64,000 nucleotides of DNA. Source: Dehalococcoidia bacterium (GTDB lineage: Bacteria; Chloroflexota; Dehalococcoidia; Lucifugimonadales; Australimonadaceae). Below, piece after piece: positions 38,090 through 47,116 of the stretch; positions within the stretch are counted from its first letter, which is position 1, and each line of letters starts with the position of its first letter. The notes beneath the pieces are model-generated. The model searched no databases. It had not been told where the DNA came from and worked only from the letters and a program-made list of their open reading frames with translations. The translations under genes and the position numbers were made by a program. The DNA is taken from NCBI GenBank assembly GCA_965116015.1, contig OZ220477.1:711940-775939 (forward strand). Direction: 5' to 3'.

Positions 38090-41041
38090 ATGCAACGCCC
38101 CCCTCGCTTCATCATCGCCACCCCCATCTGCGACGGCCACGACGTCGCCGCAGCTGCCATCACCCGCATCCTCCGCGCGGAAAGCGCCGAAGCCGTCTAC
38201 ATCGGCTTCAACAAATCCGCATCCCAGATCGCCAAAGCCGCCGCCGAAGAAGACGCCGACGCCATCGCCGTCAGCACATACAACGGCGGCCACATGTCCT
38301 TCCTCGCCGAAACCCTCAACCAACAGGCCAAACACGGTGTCGCCCGCGCCCCCCTCTTCGCCGGCGGAGGCGGATCCATCCGCGAAAGCGAAGTCCAGCC
38401 CCTCAAACGCCTCGGCGTCGCCAAAATCTACCGACCCCCGCTCGACCTCGCCGACGCCGTCCGCGATATGCTCTCCCTCGCCCAAACCGCCCGCGCCGAA
38501 CACGACGCCAACCCCGCCCCCAACCACGACGCTCCCCCATTCCGCGCCATCGCCGAGCGCCTCACCGCCATCGAGCGCGGAGCTACCCCCCAACAGCCTC
38601 CGCCCAGCAACCCTCTCCCTCGCGTCTGGGGCGTCGGCGGTCGCGGAGGCGCAGGGAAAAGCTCCCTCATCGACGAACTCCTCCTCCGCTTCCTCCACTC
38701 CAACAACGGCAACATCGCAGTCCTCGCCGCAGACCCAACCCTCGGCGACCGCCTCCGAATGCTCCACTGCTACTCCCCGCGCGTCTTCCTCCGCTCCGTC
38801 CGCGTCGGACCCGGCCAATCCGCCGAAACCACGCTCGCCCCCCTCATCGACGAACTCCGAGCCCACAACTTCGCCCTCATACTCATCGAATCCGTCGGCC
38901 TCGGCCAGAACGAACTCGGCGTCGCGCGCCTCGCCGACGCCTCCATCTTCTGTATGACCCCCGAATACGGCTCCGACATCCAGCTCGAGAAAGAAGCCCT
39001 CCTCCAGCAAGCCGAAATCGTCGTGATGAACAAGCGCGACTTCCCCCAGGCCGAAGCCCGCGCAGCCCGCGTTCGCCGCTTCCTCCCCGACGACCGCCCC
39101 CTCTTCCTCGCCGAGGCCCGACGCTTCGGCGACCCCGGCGTCTCCTCGCTGTTCGCCGAAATCGCCCGCCGCTCCGGCCTCCAGTCCGGCAACCCCCCAA
39201 CTCCACCCGCAGCCGCGGCTCCGCCCGTCCCCTTCGCCCAGCGCGCCTACCTCGGAGCCATCGTCGACGCCCACGAGAACTACTACGCCGAATCCGAAAC
39301 CGAAGCCTCCCTCGCAGCCGTAGGAAACCCCTCCCGCGACTACCAAACCGAATTCAACCGCCTCTGGAGCGACTACGGCTTCGACGGCGACCTAGGCGGC
39401 GCCTCCATCAACAACGGCGTCGCCTACCGCAACGTTAACGGCAAACCCGCGCCCGTCGCCCGAATGACCACCACCGGCATCTGGGTCCCCGTCCTCGGCC
39501 TGCCCGACCGCGACGCCGCCCCCCAACAGATCGTCCGGTACCTCTACAAACAGAACGCCCCCGGACATTTCCCCTTCACCGAAGGCGCCTACCCCCACCG
39601 CCGCCGCGACGAAGACCCCATCCGTATGTTCGCCGGCCTCGGCCTCCCCGAAACCACCAACCAGCGCTTCCACCTGCTCGCCGCAGGACACGGCTCCCCG
39701 CGCCTCTCCACCGCCTTCGACTCCCTAACCCTCTACGGCCTCGACTCCGACGAGCCCGGAGCCCTCGCCAAAGTCGGCGAAGGCGGCGTCGCGCTCGACA
39801 CCATCGACGATATGCTCCGCCTCTACGACGGATTCAACCTCGAACAAACCTCCGTCTCCCTCACCATCAACGGCCCCGCCCCAACAATCATGGCCCTCTT
39901 CCTCGCCGCCGCACGCCGCCGGGGAGCAGACTGGCGGAAACTCCGAGGCACCATCCAAACCGACATCCTCAAAGAAGTCCAGGCACAGAACGAAGCCCTC
40001 TTCCCCCTCGAACCATCCCTCCGGCTCCTCGGCGATATGATCGAGCACACACTCCGCGAGGCCCCCTCCTGGCATCCCATCTCCATCTCCGGCTACCACA
40101 TCGGCGAAGCCGGAGCCAACCCCGTCCAGGAACTCGCCTTCACCCTCGCCAACGCCTTCACCTACGTCGAAATCCTCAAAGCCCGCGGCCTCTCCCCCGA
40201 AGAATTCACCCGACGCTTCTCCTTCTTCTTCACCTCCGGCTCCGAACTCGAATTCAACGCCCTCGGACGCGTCGCCCGCCGCATCTGGGCCATCGCCCTC
40301 AAACAACGCTACCGCGTCCACGGCCCAGGCCTCGCCCTCCGCTTCCACAGCCAAACCTCAGGACGATCCCTCCAGGACTCCGAACCCCTCCACAACCTCG
40401 CCCGCGTCGCCATCCAGGCCGAACACGCCCTCCACAACAACGCCAACTCCCTCCACACCAACTCCTACAAAGAAACCTACACCACCCCCGAAGAAGACGA
40501 CGTCCGACTAGCAATCGGCAGCCAGCAAATCCCCCTTATGGAAAGCGGCGACTTCGCCTTCACCGAAAACCTCCACCAAGGCGCCTACGGCCTCTCCTTC
40601 CTCGAAGACGAAGTCGAACGCGCCGTCCACCGCATCTTCCGCGAAATCGACCGCCAGGGCGGCGTCCTCCCAGCCATCGAAAACGAGTACTTCCGCACCG
40701 TCATCCAGGAAGAAGTCCAGCGCGAACGACGCGCAATGCGCAAGGGCGAACGCAAAATCGTCGGCGTCAACTACCTCGTCTCAGCCAACCCAGACTCCAA
40801 ACCCCGCGGCGGAATCGTCCACATCCCTATGCAAGAGAAACGCCGCCAGGCCGCCCGAACCCGCGCATTCAAGCGCGCGCACGCCTCCCAGGCCAAGCGC
40901 GCCCTCGACAACCTCCAGCGCGTCGCAGCCTCCCGCGACAACGCCTTTGAAGCCATCCTCCACGCCGTCGAACACGCCACCGTCGGACAGATCACCCACG
41001 CCCTCTGGGAAGTCTGGGGACGCTTCCGCCCTAGTATGTAA
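38090..41041 (+). CDS. icmF: Fused isobutyryl-CoA mutase (B12-binding domain + MeaB-like GTPase + mutase catalytic domain)
   Basis: N-terminal B12 domain (PICDGHDVAAAAI), P-loop GVGGRGGAGKSSLIDEL, then a methylmalonyl-CoA mutase-like barrel (FTEGAYPHRRRDEDP, TNQRFH, YHIGEAGANPVQELAF). TATACT box 7 nt before the ATG suggests a leaderless mRNA. Confidence 0.85.
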   Translation: MQRPPRFIIATPICDGHDVAAAAITRILRAESAEAVYIGFNKSASQIAKAAAEEDADAIAVSTYNGGHMSFLAETLNQQAKHGVARAPLFAGGGGSIRESEVQPLKRLGVAKIYRPPLDLADAVRDMLSLAQTARAEHDANPAPNHDAPPFRAIAERLTAIERGATPQQPPPSNPLPRVWGVGGRGGAGKSSLIDELLLRFLHSNNGNIAVLAADPTLGDRLRMLHCYSPRVFLRSVRVGPGQSAETTLAPLIDELRAHNFALILIESVGLGQNELGVARLADASIFCMTPEYGSDIQLEKEALLQQAEIVVMNKRDFPQAEARAARVRRFLPDDRPLFLAEARRFGDPGVSSLFAEIARRSGLQSGNPPTPPAAAAPPVPFAQRAYLGAIVDAHENYYAESETEASLAAVGNPSRDYQTEFNRLWSDYGFDGDLGGASINNGVAYRNVNGKPAPVARMTTTGIWVPVLGLPDRDAAPQQIVRYLYKQNAPGHFPFTEGAYPHRRRDEDPIRMFAGLGLPETTNQRFHLLAAGHGSPRLSTAFDSLTLYGLDSDEPGALAKVGEGGVALDTIDDMLRLYDGFNLEQTSVSLTINGPAPTIMALFLAAARRRGADWRKLRGTIQTDILKEVQAQNEALFPLEPSLRLLGDMIEHTLREAPSWHPISISGYHIGEAGANPVQELAFTLANAFTYVEILKARGLSPEEFTRRFSFFFTSGSELEFNALGRVARRIWAIALKQRYRVHGPGLALRFHSQTSGRSLQDSEPLHNLARVAIQAEHALHNNANSLHTNSYKETYTTPEEDDVRLAIGSQQIPLMESGDFAFTENLHQGAYGLSFLEDEVERAVHRIFREIDRQGGVLPAIENEYFRTVIQEEVQRERRAMRKGERKIVGVNYLVSANPDSKPRGGIVHIPMQEKRRQAARTRAFKRAHASQAKRALDNLQRVAASRDNAFEAILHAVEHATVGQITHALWEVWGRFRPSM

Positions 41042-41092
41042 CCCGCCCCGGAACGCCCCAGCCTTCCTCCCACCCCCCTTTCCTGCACCCCC

Positions 41093-41320
41093 CCGGAAGC
41101 CCCCGAAAGGGCAGGGGAGAACGCCGCTCTCGAACATCCGCAACGCGCCGCAGCATTCCGCGCCAGTCCCCCTCCCCCAGCCGGAAGCCCCGAAAGGGCA
41201 GGGGAGAGCCGCCCGAACATCCGCAACGCGCCGCAGCGCCCGCGCCAGCTCCCCCTCTCCCTGCCGGAATCCCCCGAAAGGGCAGGGGAGAGCGCCCCTC
41301 TCGACGCCCAGGCCCCTCCG
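41093..41320. repeat. Three tandem 83-88-bp units, each carrying a hairpin (CTCTCCCTGCC..GGCAGGGGAGAG); REP-like or terminator cluster
   Basis: ccggaa(g/t)cccc(c)gaaagggcaggggaga...cgaacatccgcaacgcgccgcagc units start at 41093, 41181 and 41264. Confidence 0.8.
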
Positions 41321-41376
41321 GTGATAAAAGAAACCCCGCACAGATCCATCGCGCCGCCGGCGTCGTAGCTCCTGTT

Positions 41377-42030
41377 ATGAGCGCTATCGGCGCCCGCTTG
41401 CCGGCAAACAGCGTGACTTCCAACTCCATCCCGCCAGACGCTGAGCTCGCCCTCCGCGTCGCATCCGGCGACGCCGACGCACTCGAAGAACTCTACAACC
41501 GCTACAGCCCCGCCGTCTTCAGCATGAGCTACAGCATCCTCAGAGACCACGCCGCCGCCGAAGACGCAACCCAGGAGATATTCCTCGCCCTCTGGTCCCG
41601 CGCCAGCCGATTCCACCCCGCCAAAGGCGTCTTCCGCCACTGGTTCCTCCACCTCGCCCACAACCGCATCATCGACGAACTCCGTCGCCGCCGGCGCGCA
41701 ACCCAGCTCGACGCCGACGCCTCCCCCGACGACGCCAAACTCCCCCTCGCATCGCCCGCCGACACCGCAAACGAAGCAATAACCGCAGCACTCTTCGGAG
41801 CCGCAAGCGAAGCCCTCAAAGCCCTCCCCGAAGAGCAACGCATCCCCATCGTTATGGCCTACCTCGAAGGCGCAACCCAGCAAGAGATCGCAGCCCGCGC
41901 CAACATCCCCCTCGGAACCGTCAAAACACGCCTCAGGCTCGGCCTCGCCAAGCTCCGGGAACTCCTCGCAGCCCCCGGCGCCTTGAACCCCAAAACCCCC
42001 GCAAGCAGCCCCCCGCCATGGACACCATAG
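41377..42030 (+). CDS. ECF-type RNA polymerase sigma factor
   Basis: Region 2 (DAEDATQEIFLALW, FRHWFLHLAHNRIIDELRRR) and region 4 (YLEGATQQEIAARANIPLGTVKTRLRLGL). Confidence 0.85.
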   Translation: MSAIGARLPANSVTSNSIPPDAELALRVASGDADALEELYNRYSPAVFSMSYSILRDHAAAEDATQEIFLALWSRASRFHPAKGVFRHWFLHLAHNRIIDELRRRRRATQLDADASPDDAKLPLASPADTANEAITAALFGAASEALKALPEEQRIPIVMAYLEGATQQEIAARANIPLGTVKTRLRLGLAKLRELLAAPGALNPKTPASSPPPWTP

Positions 42031-42893
42031 ACAAGCCAGACAACATCGAAGACCTCCTCCCAGCCTACGCCCTCAACGCGCTGAACAACGACGACGCCCG
42101 AAGCGTGCAGGACGCCCTCGACCGCGAACCCCGCTACCAGCGCCTCCTCGCCGAGCACATCGAAACCGTCGCCCGCCTCGCATCCTCGCACGCCGCCGCT
42201 GTCCCCAGCGCCGCCATCCGCGACCGCCTCATGCGCCAAGCGCGCGCCGCATCCACTCCCCCAACCTCCCCGGCCGTCAGCCCCCCAGAACAACGACCCG
42301 GAGCCCCTCGCGCTCTCTGGGCCCTCGTCGCCGTCCTCGCCATAACCGTCGTCAGCGGCGGCGCCTTCTCCGTCGTCCAGCAGCAGCGCCTCTCCGACCT
42401 CGAACAGACTACCGCCGTCGAAGCGGCAACCAGCAGCCGCCAGGACCTCGTAGAACTCGGCGAAACCCTCGCCCGGCCAGGAATCGCCATATCCCAGCTG
42501 CGGCCCCCGCCCCTCGCCGCGCTCGCAGCCCAGCCCCCCTCAGACCCCAGCCAGGAGAGCAACCACCCCTCCGACATCCCTGCGAGCGCTCCCGCCGACA
42601 CCCCTGCAGGCATCCTCGCCATCGACAACCAGGGCGCCGGCGTCCTCGTAACCCTCCGCCTACCCCCCCTCGACAGCTCTCAAACCTACCAGGCCTGGTG
42701 GCGGAGCAACGACTCCCCCCCAGCTCCCGCCGCAACCTTCAACCCCGACTCCGGAGGCTACGCGCAGACGCAACTGCAGGGGAGCGCGCACGGAATGCAG
42801 TCCCTCGCCGTAACCACCGAACCCGCAGGCGGCGCCGAATCCCCAAGCCCCAACATCGTCCTCACAGGACCAATCCCCGAACCGCGCCCATAA
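42018..42893 (+). CDS. Anti-sigma factor (RskA-like, single TM)
   Basis: Overlaps the sigma gene. N-terminal LLPAYALNAL..., a central TM helix (ALWALVAVLAITVVSGG) and a C-terminal extracytoplasmic domain ending LAVTTEPAGG. Confidence 0.6.
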   Translation: MDTIDKPDNIEDLLPAYALNALNNDDARSVQDALDREPRYQRLLAEHIETVARLASSHAAAVPSAAIRDRLMRQARAASTPPTSPAVSPPEQRPGAPRALWALVAVLAITVVSGGAFSVVQQQRLSDLEQTTAVEAATSSRQDLVELGETLARPGIAISQLRPPPLAALAAQPPSDPSQESNHPSDIPASAPADTPAGILAIDNQGAGVLVTLRLPPLDSSQTYQAWWRSNDSPPAPAATFNPDSGGYAQTQLQGSAHGMQSLAVTTEPAGGAESPSPNIVLTGPIPEPRP

Positions 42894-42947
42894 CCCCCCA
42901 GCCCCCTGGCGCTGACCTCTTTTTTCCGTTCGGGAAGCTCCGATCCC

Positions 42948-43307
42948 CTACTTCGTCATCAGTTCGATGCTGTGACCGTTCGGATCGTCGAAGTAAACCC
43001 CGCGACCCCCGCGACGCGTATTAATCCGCATATCGTAACGGCTCTCCGGACTCGGACCGCTCCCGTACCGCAACCCCTCCGCCTTCACCCTCCCGAAGAT
43101 AGCGTCGAACTCCTCATCGCTCACCATAAACGCATAGTGGTGATGCGCAACCTCCCGCCGATCGTCGAAATCAAACGACAAGCTCCCAATCTCCACCGGA
43201 GCGAACGGCCCGTGCTCCCCCTTGTACTCCACCCCCATGATCCGCGCGAAGAACTTCGCCGAACCCGTCTTGTCATGCGACGGCACGATAGTGTGATCCA
43301 GATGCAT
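42948..43307 (-). CDS. VOC (glyoxalase/bleomycin-resistance/dioxygenase) family protein
   Basis: 119 aa. HLDHTIV and HYAFMVSDEEFD...DPNGHSIEL. Confidence 0.7.
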   Translation of the reverse strand: MHLDHTIVPSHDKTGSAKFFARIMGVEYKGEHGPFAPVEIGSLSFDFDDRREVAHHHYAFMVSDEEFDAIFGRVKAEGLRYGSGPSPESRYDMRINTRRGGRGVYFDDPNGHSIELMTK

Positions 43308-43374
43308 CTCTCAGCCTCCCTCCCTATGCTGACCGAAGCCTAATCCCGCCGGCTCAACCCGGTCAACGACCCCC

Positions 43375-44805
43375 TCAATCGAACCCCGGCGGACGCCTCT
43401 GCGCCCACGGACGCGCCATCTCGAACGCCGCCGACGCCCGCAACAGCGTCGACTCCTCCCCCAATCGCCCCGTCAGCATCAGACCCACCGGCAATCCCTC
43501 CGACGTAAAACCGCACGGCAAACTCGCCGATGGACGCCCCGTGAGGTTCGCGTGGAAACAGAACGGCGTGAACCCCCACGGAGGAAAAACCTCCCGCCCG
43601 TCGATAACTCCCGGGTACTGCTCGATCGGAAACGCCGGAACCGCCATCGTCGGCGTCGCCAGCAAGTCGTACTCCTCGAAGAACAGATCGAACCAGCGCT
43701 TCTCCCACGTCAGATCGTGCAACGCCTGCGAATAACGCGTCGCCCTCCACGACGACACCCCCCTCAGCAACTGCAACAGCTGCGACGGCAAGAAATCCCC
43801 CTGCCCAGCCTCAAACACAGGCTCCAGCTTCGCCCGCAGATCAGTCATCATAATCGTCACAAACGTCTGAATCGCCTCCTCCGTCGTCACCGGCGGCGTC
43901 GCATTCTCAACGCTCGCCCCCAGCTCCTCAAACGCCAGCGCCCCCTTCTCCGTCAGCTCCCGAACCTCAGGATCAACCGGCTGCCCATCCATCGCCGGAC
44001 TCCACGCCACCCGCAGATTCGAAACCCGCGGCGACCTCGCCGCCGCCACAAAATCCGGTCGCTCCCCCCGCAGCGAACGCGCATCGCGGCTGTCCGGCCC
44101 CGATAGCGCAGTCAGCAACGTCGCCGCGTCCCGAACCGTGTTCGCCAGAGCCCCACTCTGCAGAAGCGGCTCCCACGCCGCACGCCGCGTGTAATCCTGC
44201 GCCACGCGCCCCGCCGTCGGCTTAATCCCGTACACCCCGCAGAAACTCGCCGGTATCCGTATCGACCCTCCCGCATCGCTCCCGTTGCAGATCGGCGTCA
44301 GACGCGCCGCCACCGCCGACGCCGACCCCCCGCTCGACCCTCCCGATGTCCGCGACGGATCCCACGGATTCCCGCACGCTCCCCCCGCCGTCCCCTCCGT
44401 CGTCCCCTTCCACCCAAAGTCCGGAGTATTCGTCTTCCCCACGATAACCGCCCCGCTCGCCCGGATGCGCTCCACCGGAATATCGTCGTAATCAGGCGTG
44501 TGATCGATATACAAAATCGACCCATACGTAGTCCGGATCCCCTTCGTCGAGTCCAGATCCTTCACCCCAATGGGAACCCCGTGCAGCGGCCCGATCTCCT
44601 CCCCCGCGATAACCTGCTCCTCCGCACGATGCGCCTGAGCCATCGCCGGCTCCGCCGACGTCGTGATGAACGCGTTCAACTCCCCGTTGTAACGCGCGAT
44701 CCGCTCCAGAAAATGCGCCGTCGCCTCCACCGGCGAAACCTGCTTCGTGCGGATAAGCCCCGCCAGCTCAACCGCCGTACACAAACTCAAATCCGACCCT
44801 GCCAT
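43375..44805 (-). CDS. Amidase (amidase-signature family)
   Basis: GPLHGVPIGVKDL and GGSSGGSASAVAA signature. CAGGAGGG RBS before ATG 44805. Confidence 0.85.
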   Translation of the reverse strand: MAGSDLSLCTAVELAGLIRTKQVSPVEATAHFLERIARYNGELNAFITTSAEPAMAQAHRAEEQVIAGEEIGPLHGVPIGVKDLDSTKGIRTTYGSILYIDHTPDYDDIPVERIRASGAVIVGKTNTPDFGWKGTTEGTAGGACGNPWDPSRTSGGSSGGSASAVAARLTPICNGSDAGGSIRIPASFCGVYGIKPTAGRVAQDYTRRAAWEPLLQSGALANTVRDAATLLTALSGPDSRDARSLRGERPDFVAAARSPRVSNLRVAWSPAMDGQPVDPEVRELTEKGALAFEELGASVENATPPVTTEEAIQTFVTIMMTDLRAKLEPVFEAGQGDFLPSQLLQLLRGVSSWRATRYSQALHDLTWEKRWFDLFFEEYDLLATPTMAVPAFPIEQYPGVIDGREVFPPWGFTPFCFHANLTGRPSASLPCGFTSEGLPVGLMLTGRLGEESTLLRASAAFEMARPWAQRRPPGFD

Positions 44806-44848
44806 GAAACCCTCCTGATATCCCCCCGCAATTAAGAAAACCGCGCGG

Positions 44849-45982
44849 CTATCCCTCCGAAAAGAACCGCGACGGAGAAAACTCGCCGATATCCGCCTCC
44901 GACTCCCCCAACGCCGCCAGCTCCGCCATACTCTTCCCCGTCGCCAGCGCCAGCGTAACCCCCTTATACCCGTGGCCCGTCGCCACATAAAGACCCTCGC
45001 TCCCTGGCGCAGCCCCCAGAATCGGCATCTCGTCCGCGCTCAGCGGACGCAAGCACGCCGTCAGATCCCGGATCGGCGCGTCCAGCGTCTGCGGCGCCAG
45101 ACGCGACACCGCCTCCAGAATCCCATCCTGCGCCTCCTGCGTCGGACGCGCGTCGAACCCCGCCAGCTCCTGCGTCGTCCCCGCCAGAAGATCCCCTCCC
45201 GCCTTCGGCAGAAGGTACCCCGTCTCATGAAATATCGCATGACTCGGCATCGGCGCGCCCGCCGGCGGCGACATATGCACAATCTGCCCCCGAAGAGGCT
45301 CCACCGGAACATCCATCCCCAGCCATCCCCCCGTATGCCGCGACCACGGACCATTCGCAACGATCACGGCCCCAGCGCCTACCCGCTCCCCGTCCGCAAG
45401 CGCAACCCCAACCGCCCGATCGCCCTCCCGCAGAACATCAACCGCCTCAGCCGTCCTGATCTCCACCCCTCGCCGCTCCGCAGCCTGCGCCAGCGCTATC
45501 GCGAACGGATACGCCTCCAACTGCCTCTCAACCGTATACGCCGCCCCCACCGCCTCCGGCGACAACCACGTCCCCAGCTCGCGAACCTGACCCGCGTCCA
45601 GCCACTCCACCCCTATCCCCAGCCCCTGCTGCCACCCCATCTGACCCCGCAACTCCTCCGCCTCCCCCTCGTCGAACGCCGGACGCAGCAGCGGAATCTC
45701 CGAAAACCGGTAATCAACGCCCGACTCCTCAACCAGAGCAGGCGCCATCTGCTCATGCATCCGTATCCCGTCAAGCAAGAACCGCGTGAACCGCTCCGAA
45801 TACCGGTGGCGCCCAACCGCCCCAAGCTCCCCCGCCGCCCCGCCCGACGCCCCGCTCCCTACAGCGTCGCGCTCCACAACAAGACACGACGCCCTATGCT
45901 CCGCCGCCAGAAAATACGCGATCCCGCACCCGATCACCCCGCCGCCCACAATCACAAAATCGGGCGCGCGGACGCTGGTCAT
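44849..45982 (-). CDS. FAD-dependent oxidoreductase (DAO / glycine-sarcosine oxidase-like)
   Basis: DFVIVGGGVIGCGIAYFLA dinucleotide fold. ATGA overlap with the upstream gene. Confidence 0.8.
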   Translation of the reverse strand: MTSVRAPDFVIVGGGVIGCGIAYFLAAEHRASCLVVERDAVGSGASGGAAGELGAVGRHRYSERFTRFLLDGIRMHEQMAPALVEESGVDYRFSEIPLLRPAFDEGEAEELRGQMGWQQGLGIGVEWLDAGQVRELGTWLSPEAVGAAYTVERQLEAYPFAIALAQAAERRGVEIRTAEAVDVLREGDRAVGVALADGERVGAGAVIVANGPWSRHTGGWLGMDVPVEPLRGQIVHMSPPAGAPMPSHAIFHETGYLLPKAGGDLLAGTTQELAGFDARPTQEAQDGILEAVSRLAPQTLDAPIRDLTACLRPLSADEMPILGAAPGSEGLYVATGHGYKGVTLALATGKSMAELAALGESEADIGEFSPSRFFSEG

Positions 45983-46521
45983 CTCCGCGCCCCCGTCCCG
46001 TCCCCAAGCCCCTCGCCCTGAAACAACCCCGCATAAGGGCTCTCCGTAACCGCATCCAGCGTCAGAAACACCATCTGAACAATCCGCGCCCCCCGCGCGA
46101 GAACGATCCCGTGCCTGTTGTACACCGCCACCTGAACCTGCGAACGCCCCACATACCCAGCGTCCCACACCGCATTGTGCGCCGCAGCCCCGTTCCGCAG
46201 CATGCTCGACCGCGGCTTCGCCAGCGCCATAATATTCCCCGGCAGCGCCACCGTCTCATTCAAACGCGCCACATACGCCCCTGGCGGCAGCTCCACATAC
46301 CCCTGCGAATCAAACTCCAACTCCCGCGACGGCGCGATAACCCGCTGATCGTTGCTTATCCCTATCCTCCCCGCTCCCATCAGCTCCGCTATCGACCCCA
46401 GCGTCAGATCGAACCCGTTCGGCTGCAACTGCCCGCTCAGACTCACATAATTCGAAACAAGCGGAGACTGGCCCTCAACCATCGCCCGAATCTGCTGAGA
46501 AGAGAGAACGCCCAAATCCAA
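45979..46521 (-). CDS. dCTP deaminase / dUTPase-superfamily protein
   Basis: 180 aa. LQPNGFDLTLG, PPGAYVARLNE, AVWDAGYVGRSQVQV. Confidence 0.6.
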   Translation of the reverse strand: MDLGVLSSQQIRAMVEGQSPLVSNYVSLSGQLQPNGFDLTLGSIAELMGAGRIGISNDQRVIAPSRELEFDSQGYVELPPGAYVARLNETVALPGNIMALAKPRSSMLRNGAAAHNAVWDAGYVGRSQVQVAVYNRHGIVLARGARIVQMVFLTLDAVTESPYAGLFQGEGLGDGTGARR

Positions 46522-46707
46522 ACCTCGCGCCAGTGTGCAGACCCGAGCGCGCCAGCCTCCCGAACAGCGCGCCGAGCCTCCCGAAAACTATAGGGAGCCC
46601 GCCCGCCCCCTGTCAAAAACCCCAGCCCCGCCCACACCCCCACGCGCCCGCCCCTCTCCCCCCACGCGAAAAACCCCACGCTCGACCTCCCGCCCCGCGC
46701 CCTAACC

Positions 46708-46736
46708 TTGACTCAACCCCCCGCCTGACATAGATT
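46708..46736 (+). promoter_or_regulatory. Candidate promoter TTGACT-17-TAGATT for the DUF5679 mini-gene
   Basis: Read directly: ttgact caaccccccgcctgaca tagatt, about 55 nt before ATG 46791. Confidence 0.5.
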
Positions 46737-46790
46737 GTCCGCTCAGGTCGCGCCCGCCGAAGGGAGTCCCCCGCTGTGAAGGGATACTGT

Positions 46791-46919
46791 ATGAAGTGCC
46801 GGAGCGAACGCCAGATCGCCAACCCCACCACCGTCTATATGAAGAACGGACGCCCCGCCACAGAAGGAAAATGCCCCGTCTGCGGCGCCCGTATGTACCG
46901 CCTCGGACCGGCCGCCTGA
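46791..46919 (+). CDS. DUF5679-like 42-aa zinc-ribbon protein (below the ORF-track size cutoff)
   Basis: MKCRSERQIANPTTVYMKNGRPATEGKCPVCGARMYRLGPAA. The pattern KC....I.NP....MKNGR.A..G.CP.CG....R matches the family as I recall it. Confidence 0.6.
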   Translation: MKCRSERQIANPTTVYMKNGRPATEGKCPVCGARMYRLGPAA

Positions 46920-47084
46920 GCGCCCACCCATCACCCCTATAATGCCCTCCACTTCCTCCAACCTCGCCCCGCCACAGAAGGGAAATGCCCCGTCTGCGGC
47001 GCACGTATGTGCCGCCTCGGACCGGCCGCCTGAGCGCCCACCCATCACCCCTATAATGCCCTCCGCCTCCTCCAACCTCGCCCC
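46853..47084. repeat. Two-copy 114-bp tandem duplication covering the 3' third of the DUF5679 gene plus downstream sequence (each copy has a TATAAT box)
   Basis: ccccgccacagaagg(a/g)aaatgccccgtctgcggcgc...cctgagcgcccacccatcacccctataatgccctcc at 46853 and 46967, about 5 differences. TATAAT at 46938 and 47052; the latter lies 60 nt before lgt. Confidence 0.85.
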
Positions 47085-47116
47085 CAACAGCGGCAACCCC
47101 GCGAGCTGACCAGCGC

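Noticed and set aside
37616-39346. A 576-aa - strand ORF covering the CRISPR array and the 5' part of icmF. Also the long - strand ORFs 9910..11472, 16888..18600 and 7996..9114, which are antisense to nfeD, pgi and the PrpF gene.
   Set aside because: These are Gly/Val/Glu/Asp-rich antisense shadows of strongly supported + strand genes and show no family motifs.
41093-41320. Considered as a third CRISPR array.
   Set aside because: The whole 83-88-bp unit is repeated and there are no unique spacers, so this is a plain tandem repeat.
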